From Eledone cirrhosa (taxonomy: Eukaryota): 64,000 bases of DNA. Position numbers and translations under genes: made by a program. The notes below the pieces were generated by a model. It had not been told where the DNA came from and searched no databases. It saw only the letters and a list, made by a program, of their open reading frames with translations. Location of the stretch: NCBI GenBank assembly GCA_964016885.1, contig OZ024740.1, positions 328,972,001 to 329,036,000 on the forward strand. Direction: 5' to 3'. Positions 1 to 12,875 of the stretch are shown in pieces (within the stretch, counting starts at the first letter, position 1; each line of letters begins with the position of its first letter).

Positions 1-469
1 AGGTGGCGGATAGCGATACCGCTACCAGATATAATCTTTAGTTGCGATATACGCGGTTCTTGCCACGTGAAAATATATCAAATTACTAGGGGAGAGGGAG
101 AGGGAGCAATGGGTGGCACTGTGAGCTCCCAAGAAAACTCTCATAACCCAGTGAGGTAGCTAATATTCGGGAGTCTGAGAAAAGTACGAAATTGGTGACT
201 GGTGCGAATGAGACCACCAACACACCGCAATATGTGTGTAAACTGTAAAGGCATTCCTACTGCATAGTTTTCACAGGGGATAGAAAGGGACGCATTAGGT
301 AGAGGAACCTGTTCGAAACACATATTGCAGTCTCTATCCAACGCTGTAAGAAATGACGATGGCCTAAGACCTGTCATGGGAGACATGGGATGGAAGCACA
401 AAGGTTACGTATACTGAGAACTCAGAGATGGTCCAGAAAGGCAAACTCTTCGACAATTGGTAATTGTTG

Positions 470-1080
470 CTAGTGTCTTTAATCCGGCATTGATCTCTGG
501 TATCTTTATTCCGACATTGATCCCTAGTGTTTATAACTCGGTACTGATTATTATTATTTTTAAACCGGCATTCATCGTTATTTTTTAATCTGGCACAGAC
601 CATTATTTTTTTAAATCCGGCACTGACCATTTCTATTTTTAATCCGCCACTGACCTTTATTATTTTAAACCATCCACTGATAATTATTTTTAAATCGGGA
701 GTTAACATTACTATTTTTAATCCGGCGCAATCATTTCTGCTTTTAATCCGCCACTTATTATTTTTAACCCGGCACTTATCTTTATTATGTTTAATCCGGC
801 ACTAATCATTAGTGTTTTTAATCCAACATTCAAACTTATTATTTTTAACCCGGCACTATTCCGGAACTGACAAATATTATTTTTAATCCGGCACTTATCC
901 TTATTATTTTTAATTGATTATTAGTGTGTTTAATCCGAAACTTAAATTTACTATTTTAATCCGACATTAATTACTAGTGCTTTTTAACCAGGCACTGAAA
1001 CTTATTATTTTAAATCCGGCACTAATCCATAGTGTTTTTAATCCGGTACCAACCCTTATTATTTTTAACCCGGCACTAAT
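470..1080. repeat. Degenerate ~30-bp minisatellite (consensus about TTATTATTTTTAATCCGGCACTGA..)
   Basis: TTTTAATCCGGCACT-like motif recurs about every 30 bp, roughly 20 times. ORF 364..708(-) shows the matching 10-aa periodicity. Confidence 0.9.
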
Positions 1081-1492
1081 TTTGGGGTAATATTATCCAC
1101 CAGCAATAGGAAGTAAGTTATTTAATTTCAATAAATATCTGTTATATATTGATTGATAAGAGTTTATAATGTCTAAGTGGCCTTGCAATGGTAGTTATAC
1201 GGTGGGTTTTTTCTGAAAAGGTGTGTTATGAGTTTAGGAGTGGTTTATATAACACTCCGAACCGGGACAAAATGTGATCGATGATGATTAGTACAAGATG
1301 TCGGGAATCTTTGTTATATAGGATATTTTAAAATTCAATCAATACTTTCATGAATGAAATAAGCAAGAAATCTTTATGACTATGAAACTTTTGAAGGCTG
1401 GAAGGAAAGTGTCAGTCGTATTGTAGGGTATTAACGTTGGATTTGTTTTTTGATAAAGTTGAATTTGGAGGGTATTTGATTGGCTTTCATGT

Positions 1493-2200
1493 CCTACTAG
1501 CCTCAAAGTGCCATATTTTCCCACACTATCTCCCCAATGCCATACTGCGACATCCTAGCTGGAAGGGTCATAGTGCGGCACCCTAGCTCCAAAGTGACAT
1601 ATTTCCCCACATTATCTCCCTTAAGGGGTGACACTAGCTCCATATTTCCATACTGTGTCACGGAAGCTACCTAGTTCCAATGTGTGCCATCCTAGTACTA
1701 CTGTGCCATAGTGCGACACTCTAGCTCCGAAGTGCAATATTTTGCCACCCTATCTCCCCATTGCCATACTACGACATCCTAGTTTCATATTTCCATACTG
1801 TCACTGAAACCTCACGCTCCCATTGTGTGCCACCCTTGTCCCGCAGTGATGTAGTACGGTACCCTACCTCCTAAATGCAGTAATATTCCAACTTATCTCC
1901 CCATTGCCATACTGCGACATCCTAACCACCCACTTCCATAATGTGCCACCCTTGACCCGCAGTGCCATAGTGCGGCACCTTAGCTTGAAAGTGCCGTATT
2001 TTCCCACCCTATGTCACCATTGAAATACTGCTCCACCTAGCTCCATATTTTTATACTGTGTCACTCAAGCTTCCCAGTGCCATAGTGTAACAACCTAGCG
2101 CCACAGGCCATACTGTGCCATCCTAGCTCCGCGGTGCCATAGTGCGGTACCCTATCTTCGAATTGCCGTATTTTACCATCTTATGTTCCCAGTGCCATAC
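1493..2200. repeat. Degenerate ~30-bp minisatellite with alternating monomer variants
   Basis: Recurrent CCTAGCTCC..AGTGCCATA(C/G/T)T..GCCACC units. Variants TATCTCCCCA(A/T)TGCCATACTGCGACATCCTA and AAAGTGCCATATTTTCCCAC recur in similar order. Confidence 0.85.
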
Positions 2201-2368
2201 TCTCCTTTAACAGAATCTTAAGACGATGATGACGATGTTGATGGTGATGATGATGAATATGAATATGATGATGATATTGTGGATTATTATGACGAAGATG
2301 ATGGTGATGGTGGTGGTGATGAGCATGGTTTTTTTACACCATCCCCTTCCTCCTTTTATAGACTCATA

Positions 2369-2454
<86 letters not shown>

Positions 2455-3144
2455 CTCACACAGAGCTTTGAGCAAAAGTTGAAAACCTGACTTTTTTTTC
2501 GCCTTAGAATCCACCCGTCCCTTTCCTTCGTTTTACGTCATTCATCTCACGACAAGACTTAAACACGGACGAACACGAAACGACTGTTATTTATATAGAA
2601 GGAGAGATAATTTCGTTATTATTTGTAAGTTTTAGCTAGGGCGTTGTTAAATGGTATTGATAATAGCTTTAAAGATAAGGAGAGTTACAAGTTAAAGTCA
2701 GAGGACATCGGTTCATTCGTTAACTGACTCACACTTGAAGTGAAGGATTGAGTAGCTGTAGGGTGGATGAAGAAAATTGAGGTATACATAGATATCTAAG
2801 ATGTCTAGGTTAAATAAGATATCGTATCAGAAAGGATTTATATCAGCGGACAGATAACGCATGAATAGGCAGTTAGCGACTTTGTTAAAATGGCTTTAGC
2901 TATGGCAATGGAGGCTTTTTACATATTGATGCTTCGTAATTATTTATATAGATATATAAACACACACATATATTTTAATATATATACACACACACACATA
3001 TATAGTTATACACGTGTATATATAAACAAATATATATATACATATATATATGTGCGTATGCGTATTTATATATATATATATGCATGTATATACACACATA
3101 TATGTGTATATAAATACATGTATATATATATGTGTGTGTGTATA

Positions 3145-3209
<65 letters not shown>

Positions 3210-3379
3210 TGTGTGCCGTATATAGCAGTAAATGTAATTAATATTAGTTGAAACTTGAACTTTGTTGTGCGCATGTTTATTCTGTATGAATGGCGTATTT
3301 TGTCACTTTGTCACAGGCCTATTTTGCAGTCACTCTTGTGAGTTTAAAATACACGCATCCAACTGCTCAATGTACAACA

Positions 3380-3560
3380 GAATTTTCCAGGAGAGAACAG
3401 TGGCAATGATCAAACAATCACCCCATAGTCCCGACTTAAATTTGTGCGAACGTTGGGTGTTCAAGTTATTAAAGCAAGATATTTGAAAATTTGTTTTCAC
3501 TTCATTAGAAGAGGTGGTAGATGAATCGTACGCTGGCTTCAACAATTGCCGAAGAAACCG
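3380..3560 (+). pseudogene. Tc1/mariner transposase C-terminal remnant
   Basis: ORF 3262..3486 ends QSPHSPDLNLCERWVFKLLKQ, resembling the mariner PYSPDLAPxDFWLFxxLK motif. Flanked by (TA)n tracts. Confidence 0.65.
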
Positions 3561-3621
3561 TTCCAGAAAGTGTTGTGCCTTTCTTTAAAGTGTTATTCTA
3601 AAGACTTTAATGCCACCCCAA

Positions 3622-3669
<48 letters not shown>

Positions 3670-3670
<1 letters not shown>

Positions 3671-4780
3671 AATATAAAGATTTACATATACATAAAGTCA
3701 TATGTGGCAACCGGTCACGTTGTGGCTCAATGAAGAATTAATAAATTAAATAATCAGAGCAATATATCATAAATCATGTCCTTAGAATTATTAGTATGTG
3801 TGTGTGTATATATATAAAAATACAGACGAAACCATGGTAGAGATATAATTACGGTGTGTACATATTTCTTCTAAGTTTACACCTAATTGTGTATGGTTGA
3901 CGGTATATTTAGTCAGTTTCTACATGCTGTGAAATGTTGGATAAATACACTATTGGGGCCACCGCGAAGAGGCCGCTTTCGGTTATTTGTCGAAAATTTC
4001 TTCATAGGAGCCTTTATTCTTATAGCCTTATAGCCTGGTCTAATTGATTTTTTATATGGTTAATTATGCTAATTGGGAGAGGAAATGGTATGTATTTTAT
4101 CTAATAATTCTAAGGACATGATTTATGATATATTGCTTAATTTATTAATACTTCATTGAGCCACAACGTGACCGGTTGCCACATATATATCTATGACTTT
4201 ATGTATATGTAAATCTTTATATTTAATAATCTCCCGTTAGGTTGAGATACAATTGGGCGATATTGGGCTGCGCTTTCTAGCAACAAGCCTACCCGCCGTA
4301 AGCACCTAATCACATTCTTTCTAACTTGATCACTGCCACGTCACAATTCTTAGCCATTTTTGAATCTATTTTTGGCGCGATCACTTTGGAAAATTAAATG
4401 TCCAATCTTGAGTTTTCTCCTGATGGGTCTGTTACTCTGGATATATCCTGATAATTGGATGTCTAAAAATACGGACGAAACCATGGTAGAGATATAATTA
4501 TGGTATGTACACATTTCTTCTAAGTTTGAATTTACACCTAATTGTGTATGGTTGACGGTATATTTAGACAGTTTCTACATGCTGTTGAAATGTTGGATAA
4601 ATACACTATTGGGGCCACCGCGAAGAGGCCGCTTTCGGTTATTTGTCGAAAATTTCTTCATAGGAGCCTTTATTCTTATAGCCTGGTCTAATTGATTTTT
4701 TATATGGTTAATTATGCTAATTGGGAGAGGAAATGGTATATATTTTATCTAATAATTCTAAGGACATGATTTATGATATA
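3670..4780 (+). mobile_element. Short PLE-type element with inverted plus tandem pseudo-LTRs
   Basis: 3670-3794 is the reverse complement of 4101-4224, and about 3818-4130 is directly repeated at about 4466-4780. There is an HHR fold at 4416-4492 and (TA)n on both flanks. Confidence 0.75.
4416..4492 (+). ncRNA. Type I hammerhead ribozyme-like motif (A9G variant)
   Basis: TCTC-CTGATGG-GTCTGT...ACGGAC-GAAAC-CATG-GTA-GAGA. Stems I and II pair and stem III is palindromic. The core has one deviation from CUGANGA. Confidence 0.6.
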
Positions 4781-4790
4781 TATATATATA

Positions 4791-7084
4791 TAAGGAAAAA
4801 AGATGAAATCGAAAATGCAACTGGAGTCTTTTTTTTCTTTTAAATATATTTATTTGGTTCCTTCAGCGGTTTAGCAGTTCTTGTGCTTTTCAAAAGTAGA
4901 ATTGAGATGGAGGTTTGTGGTTTTTCTCACATCTGGTTGGTGTTTGAATGTCACTTCTGTTTTATATGGAAAAAAGTGGCTCGAAATGCTAGGTTTTTAG
5001 AGAAGTAATTTGGTTGGTTGGTGAATAAGTATAATAAATTTCGCGCCAGTTCACGTTACAACGTTCTTATTATATTTACCTTAAAAAAAGAGGGTCTCGA
5101 CAGTAACCACCATTACTAATAAATAATGGAATAGAAAGGGCTAAAGCAATAGGCATCGATGAGTTACGAAAACAGAAACAAATTCAAGGTACGTCCAATA
5201 TTCTATTATATATCTAAACACACAACTCCAGAAATGCGGAAGAAATGAAAAAAAGCTCTTGAAACACCCACAATAATCAAAAGCAAAAGACAACCGAAAT
5301 CACTAAAAATATTACTCACCAATGCCAAATTACCTACCACAAACCCACAACCAACTGTCAAAAAATGTGGTCGCTCTACTTGTGGAACCTGCACTCACCT
5401 CATTGAAGGCAACACGTATACATTTCAATCAGGACAACATTTTGCTGTAAAAAATCACTTCATTTGCTCATCAAAAAATATAATTTATGCCATTAAATGT
5501 AAAGGATGCAATGAAGATTATATAGGACAAACTAAACTCACACTCAGAAACAGAATGACAGTTCATCGCCAACAATTACGAGAACCTACCACAAGACAGA
5601 TAGCACTTAGTGCACATCTAGACGTATGCGCAAGTAACAAGACACCAAAATTCCAAGTCTTCCCATTTTATATTTCCGCTGACAATACAACAGAACAAAT
5701 ACGAATAAATAAGTAAAATATGTTTATTAAAAAATATAGAGCAGCATTAAATATAGTTTAATATACATTATGTCAACACCAAACATGCTAATCATCCTAA
5801 CAGACACATACATACACACACACATAACACCTATTTTAGAAAATAAAAACCCGAACTAAATAAACCTTAATATACGTTAATACTCTATCACCTTAACATG
5901 CTAACCACACACCCCACACACACATAACTCCCTCCCCCATTTCTACTAACGGAATCATTTTCCTACACACGCACACACACACAAAAATATATATTCTCTC
6001 CATCTTAACATGCTAACCATACTCCCACACACACATACACACACATACACACACATAACAGCCATACACACATACACACATAACACCTATACTCACACAC
6101 AACTCCCCCCCCATTTATATTAATATAATCATCTTCCTACACACGCATACACACACCAGCACATAAATAAACATACATATCTCTACTTTCTTTATTCCAA
6201 TAGAACGTCTGAATTTTGACACCCCAGCACACCAGCCATATTCACTGAATCAGATCAATTCTCCCCATCCCGTTTTTCTTGACCATTATCTTTTGTTTGG
6301 CACAAAATTCTCTAAAAGGCTACAAAATAAATTCCCAAATACGGGCGCGATATTTAATGTATTTGTTCACGTGACAGTATTAATTTCATTTATAACCAAT
6401 ACAATTACATTTCAGCACATCAGTCATACCCAGAACAACTCTCTCCATCCCCTTTTCTTGACCATTATCTTTCGTTTTGCACAAAATTGTCTAAATGGCT
6501 ACAAAAATATTCCAAAATACGGGCTCGAAATTTAATGTACTTTTTCACGTGACAGTCATAATTTCATTTATAACCAATCAAATTACATTAAAAAAAAAAA
6601 GCCATCGTGAGCCACTTTTTTTAAGTAAAAAGAAATTCAAATAGAAACTGGAGCGAAAGCTGATGTGCTTATTCACGTGACTGTATCAACCAACCAAACT
6701 TCACTCATATATGAAAAAACAACCTGAGCCCCTCCCTTTTTTTAAGGCAAATATAATAAGAACTTTGCAACGTGAACTAGCGCGAAATTTATTATACTTA
6801 TTTACCAACCAAATTTCTTCTCTAAAAACCTACCACTTCGAGCCACTTTTTTCCATATAAAACAAGTAACATTCAAACAGCAACGAGATGTGAGAAAAAC
6901 CACAAACCCACATCTCAATTCTACTTTTGAAAAGCACAAGAACTGCGAAACCGCTAAAGGAACCAAATAAATATATTTAAAAAAAAGACTCCAGTTGCAT
7001 TTTCGATTTCATCTTTTTCCCTTATACATTCACTCGTATAGGACACCTCGTTTTTTTCATTTTGTAAAAAAACTTCACTTTCTA

Positions 7085-7085
<1 letters not shown>
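4791..7085 (+). mobile_element. 5'-truncated Penelope-like retroelement (Neptune-type) with inverted 5' pseudo-LTR
   Basis: GIY-YIG remnant at 5097-5761. 4791-5095 is the reverse complement of about 6725-7025. Both ends abut (TA)n. Confidence 0.85.
5097..5761 (+). pseudogene. PLE GIY-YIG endonuclease domain with Cys-rich linker (disrupted)
   Basis: Manual translation: ..SKRQPKSLKILLTNAK..KKCGRSTCGTCTHL..FICSSKNIIYAIKCKGCNEDYIGQTKLTLRNRMTVHRQQ..LSAHL..RINK*NMFIKKYRAALN. IIY/YIG motif, conserved Arg and His residues, one internal stop. Confidence 0.9.
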
Positions 7086-7104
<19 letters not shown>

Positions 7105-7115
<11 letters not shown>

Positions 7116-7910
7116 AAATATATATATTCTCTCCATCTTAACACGCTAACCATACCCCAACACACAAATACACATACACACACATAACACCCACACACAC
7201 ACACACACAACCCCCCCATTTCTACTAATAGAATCATCTCCCTACACACACACACACACGCACACACACACACACAAGCACACACATAAACATACATATC
7301 TCTGCTTTCTTTATTTCATTAGAAAGTCTGAATTCTGACACCCCAGCGAACCAGCCATATTCACTGAACCAGAACAATTCTCCCCATCCCATTTCTCTTG
7401 TCCATTATCTTTTGCTTGGCACAAGATTCTCTAAAAGGCTACAAAATAAATTCCCAAATACGGGCGCGAAACTTAATGAACTTGTTCACGTGACAGTCAT
7501 AATTTCATTTATATTGAATTACATTTTTAAAAAAAGCCTCTCTGAGCCACTTTTTTTAACTAAAAAGAAATTCAAACAAACTGGCGCGAAAGCTGATGTG
7601 CTTATTCACGTGACTGCATCAACCAACCAAACTTCACTTATATATGAAAAAACAACCTGAGCCCCTCCCCTTTGTTGAAGAACTTTGTAACGCAAACTGG
7701 CGCGAAATTTATTATACTTATTCACCAACCAATCAAATTACTCTCTAAAACCCTGGCATTTCGAGCCACTTTTTTTCACATAAAACAAGTAACATTCAAA
7801 GACCAACCAGATGTGAGAAAAACGACAGACCTTCCATCACAACTCTAATTTTGAAAAGCAGAAGAACTGCGAAACCGGTAAAGGAACTAAATAAATATAT
7901 ATATTTAAAA
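7105..7910 (+). mobile_element. Tandem partial copy of the preceding PLE 3' region (pseudo-LTR)
   Basis: Repeats about 5985-6980 with an internal deletion. ORFs 6293 and 7412 are near-identical. Contains the HHR variant at 7849-7882. Confidence 0.85.
7849..7882 (+). ncRNA. Minimal type I hammerhead, U3-A8 core variant
   Basis: TT-TTGAAAA-GCAG-AAGAA-CTGC-GAAAC-CG-GTA-AA. Confidence 0.6.
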
Positions 7911-7935
7911 AAAATGGGAATTGATAAATTAAAAA

Positions 7936-7967
<32 letters not shown>

Positions 7968-8015
7968 AAAAAATTACAATTGAGATGGAGAGTTTGTGGT
8001 TTTTCTCACATCTCA

Positions 8016-8291
8016 CATGAGGCTGCCTATGTGTTTAATGTATATAAATATGTAGTATATGTTCTCATATACACTCCTATTATATATATATATGTATATA
8101 TTGACTAAAGAAATTTTAGCCTGATACGTCAATACTCATCTTTACTCATCTGTACGTCAATACTCATCTTTTTCCATTTATCTGAGGGTTCTCAACCCCA
8201 ATATCAGCCTAAAATTCCTTTAGTAAAAAATACGGTGAAAGCTATTCTATTTTCTAATTTCAAACCTGCTCACTGTTTCAAAACATACTTA

Positions 8292-8363
<72 letters not shown>

Positions 8364-8424
8364 GGGTGTATATGAGAACATATATTATATATTTATATAC
8401 AATAAACACATAGGCAAACTCATG
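8016..8424. mobile_element. Nested inverted-repeat element(s), MITE- or PLE-foldback-like
   Basis: Outer arms 8016-8077 and 8363-8424 are reverse complementary. Inner arms ACTAAAGAAATTTTAGCCTGATA / TATCAGCCTAAAATTCCTTTAGT (8104-8224) lie between TA tracts. Confidence 0.55.
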
Positions 8425-8779
8425 CAGTCAAAGGCCGGGCTGCCAAGCCATAGCAGTCGTCATACTTACGGAACAACACATTTGAGTATCCCATACACTT
8501 TAAGTTTGCATATGGCATCCTTACAAAAATTTGTCACGCTGCAGGTGAGCTAACGTGACAGCTTAAAGCATACCTATTAGACTCAAACTGGGTGGAAACA
8601 AGGACACTGTATGGTATGATTTGTAAGTTACTTCCTGGTTTGATGAGCTTTGTAAGGAGGCATCCTTGACAGAAACATCTATAAAACATTTTGCAAATGT
8701 CTGATTTTTTCTTCTAAGTGACTCGGGTTAGTTTCCACTATATATGTTGTAGGTACGGAATTGGTTTTCGTATATACGC

Positions 8780-9050
8780 GTAACGACGCTAGGCCAACTC
8801 GTTAGGTTAGTTTGTTTAATATAGATCGTAAGGTCGTGAGTTCGATTCCCGGACCGGGTGTTGCATCTTTGAGGATGACGCTTTGTTTCCCGTTGCATTA
8901 TTCCCTCTCAAAAGTCAAAAGTGGTTTTACCTGTAATTCAATCAGGCAGCCTTTTTATATTTTCTGTTACACTGAATCTCTCTGAGAATTATGTTAAGGA
9001 TACATTTTTCTGCAGAATGTCCAACCACTTACAAGTTAATTTCGTGAGAA
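8780..9050 (+). mobile_element. tRNA-derived SINE (CORE-like central domain), decayed
   Basis: B-box GTGAGTTCGATTCCCGG followed by TTGCATCTTTGAGGATGACGCTTTGTTTCCCGTTGC, homologous to the copies at 20487 and 27210. Confidence 0.65.
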
Positions 9051-12000
9051 AGCAGTTACATTTGAATCAAATGGAATATTTATCGCAGGAAACGACGGAG
9101 ATCCGACAACAACCTGCATATCTTCGTGTGTATGTGTGTCTTTGTATGTGTGTATGTGTATTTGTGCGTGTGTGTTTGTGTCTGTGTGTGTGGTTTTGTG
9201 TTGGTGTGTGTGTGTTCGTATATGTGTGTTTGTATAAGTGACTGCAGTTATGATTTAATGGATCAGGCGAGTATGCAAGAAATAATGAAAAGCTTTTTGT
9301 CAAAAAGCCTTAGAACAATTTCCCTAATGTAGCATGAAAAATCTGCAAATGGACACAACAATGAATATATTAATTGATTAATTGATTAGTCAGATGTTTA
9401 AGCTCTAGCAATAATTAACTGCAAATATCAGTTGACTCCATGTTGTTTAGATACGAGCTGGTTAACATTATTTCCAACGATGAGAATCTATGAATGATTA
9501 AATAAATAAAACGAGAAAACATCACATGCATATTATGTGTCTAGATTATGAAATAGATTAATTCCGAAGTTAGCGAGAATATAAAATCCTCTAGAAAAAT
9601 AAGAAAATTCTTAATGCAAATATATATTATTAAAAAACATCTAGTTGTTATTGACATATTTTATATTTGAACTTCACAGAAAACAAGCACATTTTATCAT
9701 TAACACCCCATTTGGAGTGTTAAATGGTCATTAACAAGTACTACCATGGCGTTAAACATTTATAAACACCCTATTTTCTGATTAAATATAAATAAGGGAA
9801 TCGAGAATATTTGAAAGGCTACATTTCCCCAGAGAAATATATATTATTTTCAAATATAAACGTTTCTTTATCGCGGTTAACGTTGCCTTTCAACCGTCCA
9901 GGATTGTCAAATTAAGTATTTGTCCAAGAAGGTTGGCAGGATTATTAAAGAGTTGAGTAGGATACTTTACGGTGTCTGATACGGTTGTCTGCGTTGTGAG
10001 TGCAAATCCTGACTCCTTTTGCTAGGGCTTTCCACTTGCACATAGTATCAGCAATGGAAACTGGTAAAATCTGACGATCGGCTCCGTTCAGTCCCCTTTT
10101 TGAAATTGTTTAATACTCATGAAACAGCGTGTCGTCAACAACAACAATTATATCATACAAGCACCCAAGACGAATAACGAAAACAAAACATGATTTACAA
10201 ACAGAAAAAACAAATCGGAAACAAAAAGATTGTTAACTAATCCACTAAAAAGCAAATACTGTGAATATGGAAAACGTATTATATTATTGAGGGAATTAAT
10301 AGGACATCGCAGAATGTAGTCGAAGGCATTGGAAGTCACAAGAACAACTGCAAACGCCGTATGCATAGACATATCACAGAGGATGGTGGTGTCGTCGCAG
10401 CCACTGACCGTATTTGGGTGATGACTGTACCGCTTCGCTTTCGTGTTGATCTTTTAATAATTGCATAATTTCTTGTGCAGACACACCGCTACCTTCTTAA
10501 GCCTATTGATAAATTTTGTTGTCGCTAGCCCTAAGCACCCAGACGCAAATCTGTGCATGGTACATTTTTACATTCTTTAGATCTTCAGGAAATGATGGAG
10601 ATAGGATCTGGTTAATAGACTCTGGTCTGGAGTAGTGATTAAGCTTTCAATCTGCTACTTCTTAGCCGCTGGTGTATTTCATGTGGATCAGCATCTAATT
10701 CATGCATAATTCCTGAACATTTCTTGCTTTACTTTGACTTCAGAAGTTGTTCACAGTTACTGTGTATTGCCATGTGCTTCACTTGTTTAGCATTGGTGGT
10801 AAACGTTTCATTTTCTGCTGATGGGATTTCTGATATATAATACTCTTTCTTGAATTGTGCAGCTTTTGCTTGATGTAGTAGATCTATTTTCTGTATGAAT
10901 TAATACTTCAACGCGTTGAATACCCATTGCAGTCATTACTGCTGACGCGTGTGCACTAGCATTAAACATAAGATTGCAACACAGTATGAAAAAAATGTTT
11001 CTTACTCACCAAGCTATAAATGCTTAACAATAACTTACTCTATTGAATTCCATTACATTTATTGGCTCGTAAGTAAACTTGAACATATTCCTGTGCGTTC
11101 AAGAATAATTCATTCCAGAACTTCCCAGCCAAGCAGCAAATCAGCGACCGTTACTTACTGATAAATACTATATAAACATAAAATAGAATAGGGTTCGAGG
11201 ACACCTCGGCATTCTGTGGTGACAAGAATTCTTTTTTTTCTTTTTTGATATTCGTAACTTACTTAGGATAAATTGGTATAACGTGGGTAGAAAAGAACAT
11301 TAAGCGTTCGGAGCTAAAACTTCTTTTGGACACGACACAAAATACTTTGAAAAAGTTTAAATTTTTTTGTTTTCTCTCTCTCTGTCCAGAAACATCAGAA
11401 TTCGTTTCGCAGTTCGGCATATGAACTTAATGTTTATAAATACTATTTAAAGTTAGATGAATGTCTACATATATTTAGATATTTAACACAGGAGAAAGGG
11501 AGATAAGTCAATTAACTTCCACCAACCATTTTGTGTTAACATTCTTTCCTCCATCGATGATGAAATATAATTCACTAGATAATTGTTTAATATTATTTAC
11601 ATGATTGGATTTACCAAAACCAACGTAATTATAGTTGTGAGCGGGGGAATGATTTATTTCAAAGCCTCCGAGACAGCTAGGAGGAAATGAGAAAGTTATT
11701 CCCAGACTAGAGAACTGACTGTAAAGATTGCATCAGAGTGTACTATGCCAAATACAACGAAGAGCTAAATAATGGAGTTAAAGCGTGCGATGGGTTAAGT
11801 GAACCACCGAAAATTGATTATGGGTGAAAGCGTAATCAAATATGTATCATCAAATAGACAATTTTGTTTGGTATAGATTTCGGTGATTCCTTAAATCCAG
11901 TTGAAATAAACTCTGAAGTTTTGATAAATAGTGGTCATTCAAGCAATTGATGTTCCATAATACGATTTACCACAAGTGAATCTAATTTGCATGTTTCTAG

Positions 12001-12454
12001 AAATAAGATTTAGTTGTATGATTAGCAAAATGAGTAGCATTGTTTACACACACACACACACAAACACCCACACCCACACCCACACACACACACACATACA
12101 CACATATATATATATATATACATTTATATGAATGTCTCAGCTATGGGCCTGTTGTTATCTTTTACTTTGTTCCTGTTGCTGTTACTGGCGTCATCATGGT
12201 TTTAGTTTGATATAACATTTCGAGAAGACAATCTACTGTTTTCCCTACTTTTAATCAGGATCCTTCGTATATATACGAAATTAAATTGAATATTCCTGTC
12301 ATGTCAGCTCAATCACAGTAGATTTCCTCTTCAAATTGAGATGCGGATTGAAAACAGTACGTATATACTTTAAAATATACAAACGTTGATCAAAGGTAGC
12401 ACAAAGGAATCTCGTTTAAATTTAGTTTTTCTAATAATTATCAATAACCGATTA

Positions 12455-12875
12455 AAAATAATGATTATGTTGATGGTTATCTGAATAATAATGATGTTTA
12501 CACCAACAATGATTACCAGAGTCAAGAAAATTACAGAAACGGCGACAAACATTATAACATCGAGGATTACGATAATATTGAAAAGGCGATTGCGTTGATG
12601 ACAGTGAATATTAAGAAAACGATGAGGATGATGAAGACACTGATGACACTGGCGATAATGGCGAGAATTAGCATGATTTTAAAGATGATAATGACGAGGA
12701 TGACAGTGGGGATAATGACGAAGATGGCAATAGTAATAACACCGATGAAAATGATGATTATGATGATGATGATTATGATGAGGAGGAGGGTGGCGATGAT
12801 GATGATGATGATGAAGATGATGATGATGATGATGATGCTGATGATGATGATGATGAGGAGGAGGAGGAGGATTAT
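12455..12875. repeat. Degenerate (GAT/AAT/GAG)n trinucleotide tract
   Basis: Pure GAT run at the 3' end decays leftwards. The acidic reading frame contains stops and a frameshift. Confidence 0.85.

Noticed and set aside
10200-10950. Ancient RTE-like RT remnant on the minus strand (VLVTSNAFDYILR)
   Set aside because: Only a faint motif resemblance; it needs a profile search.
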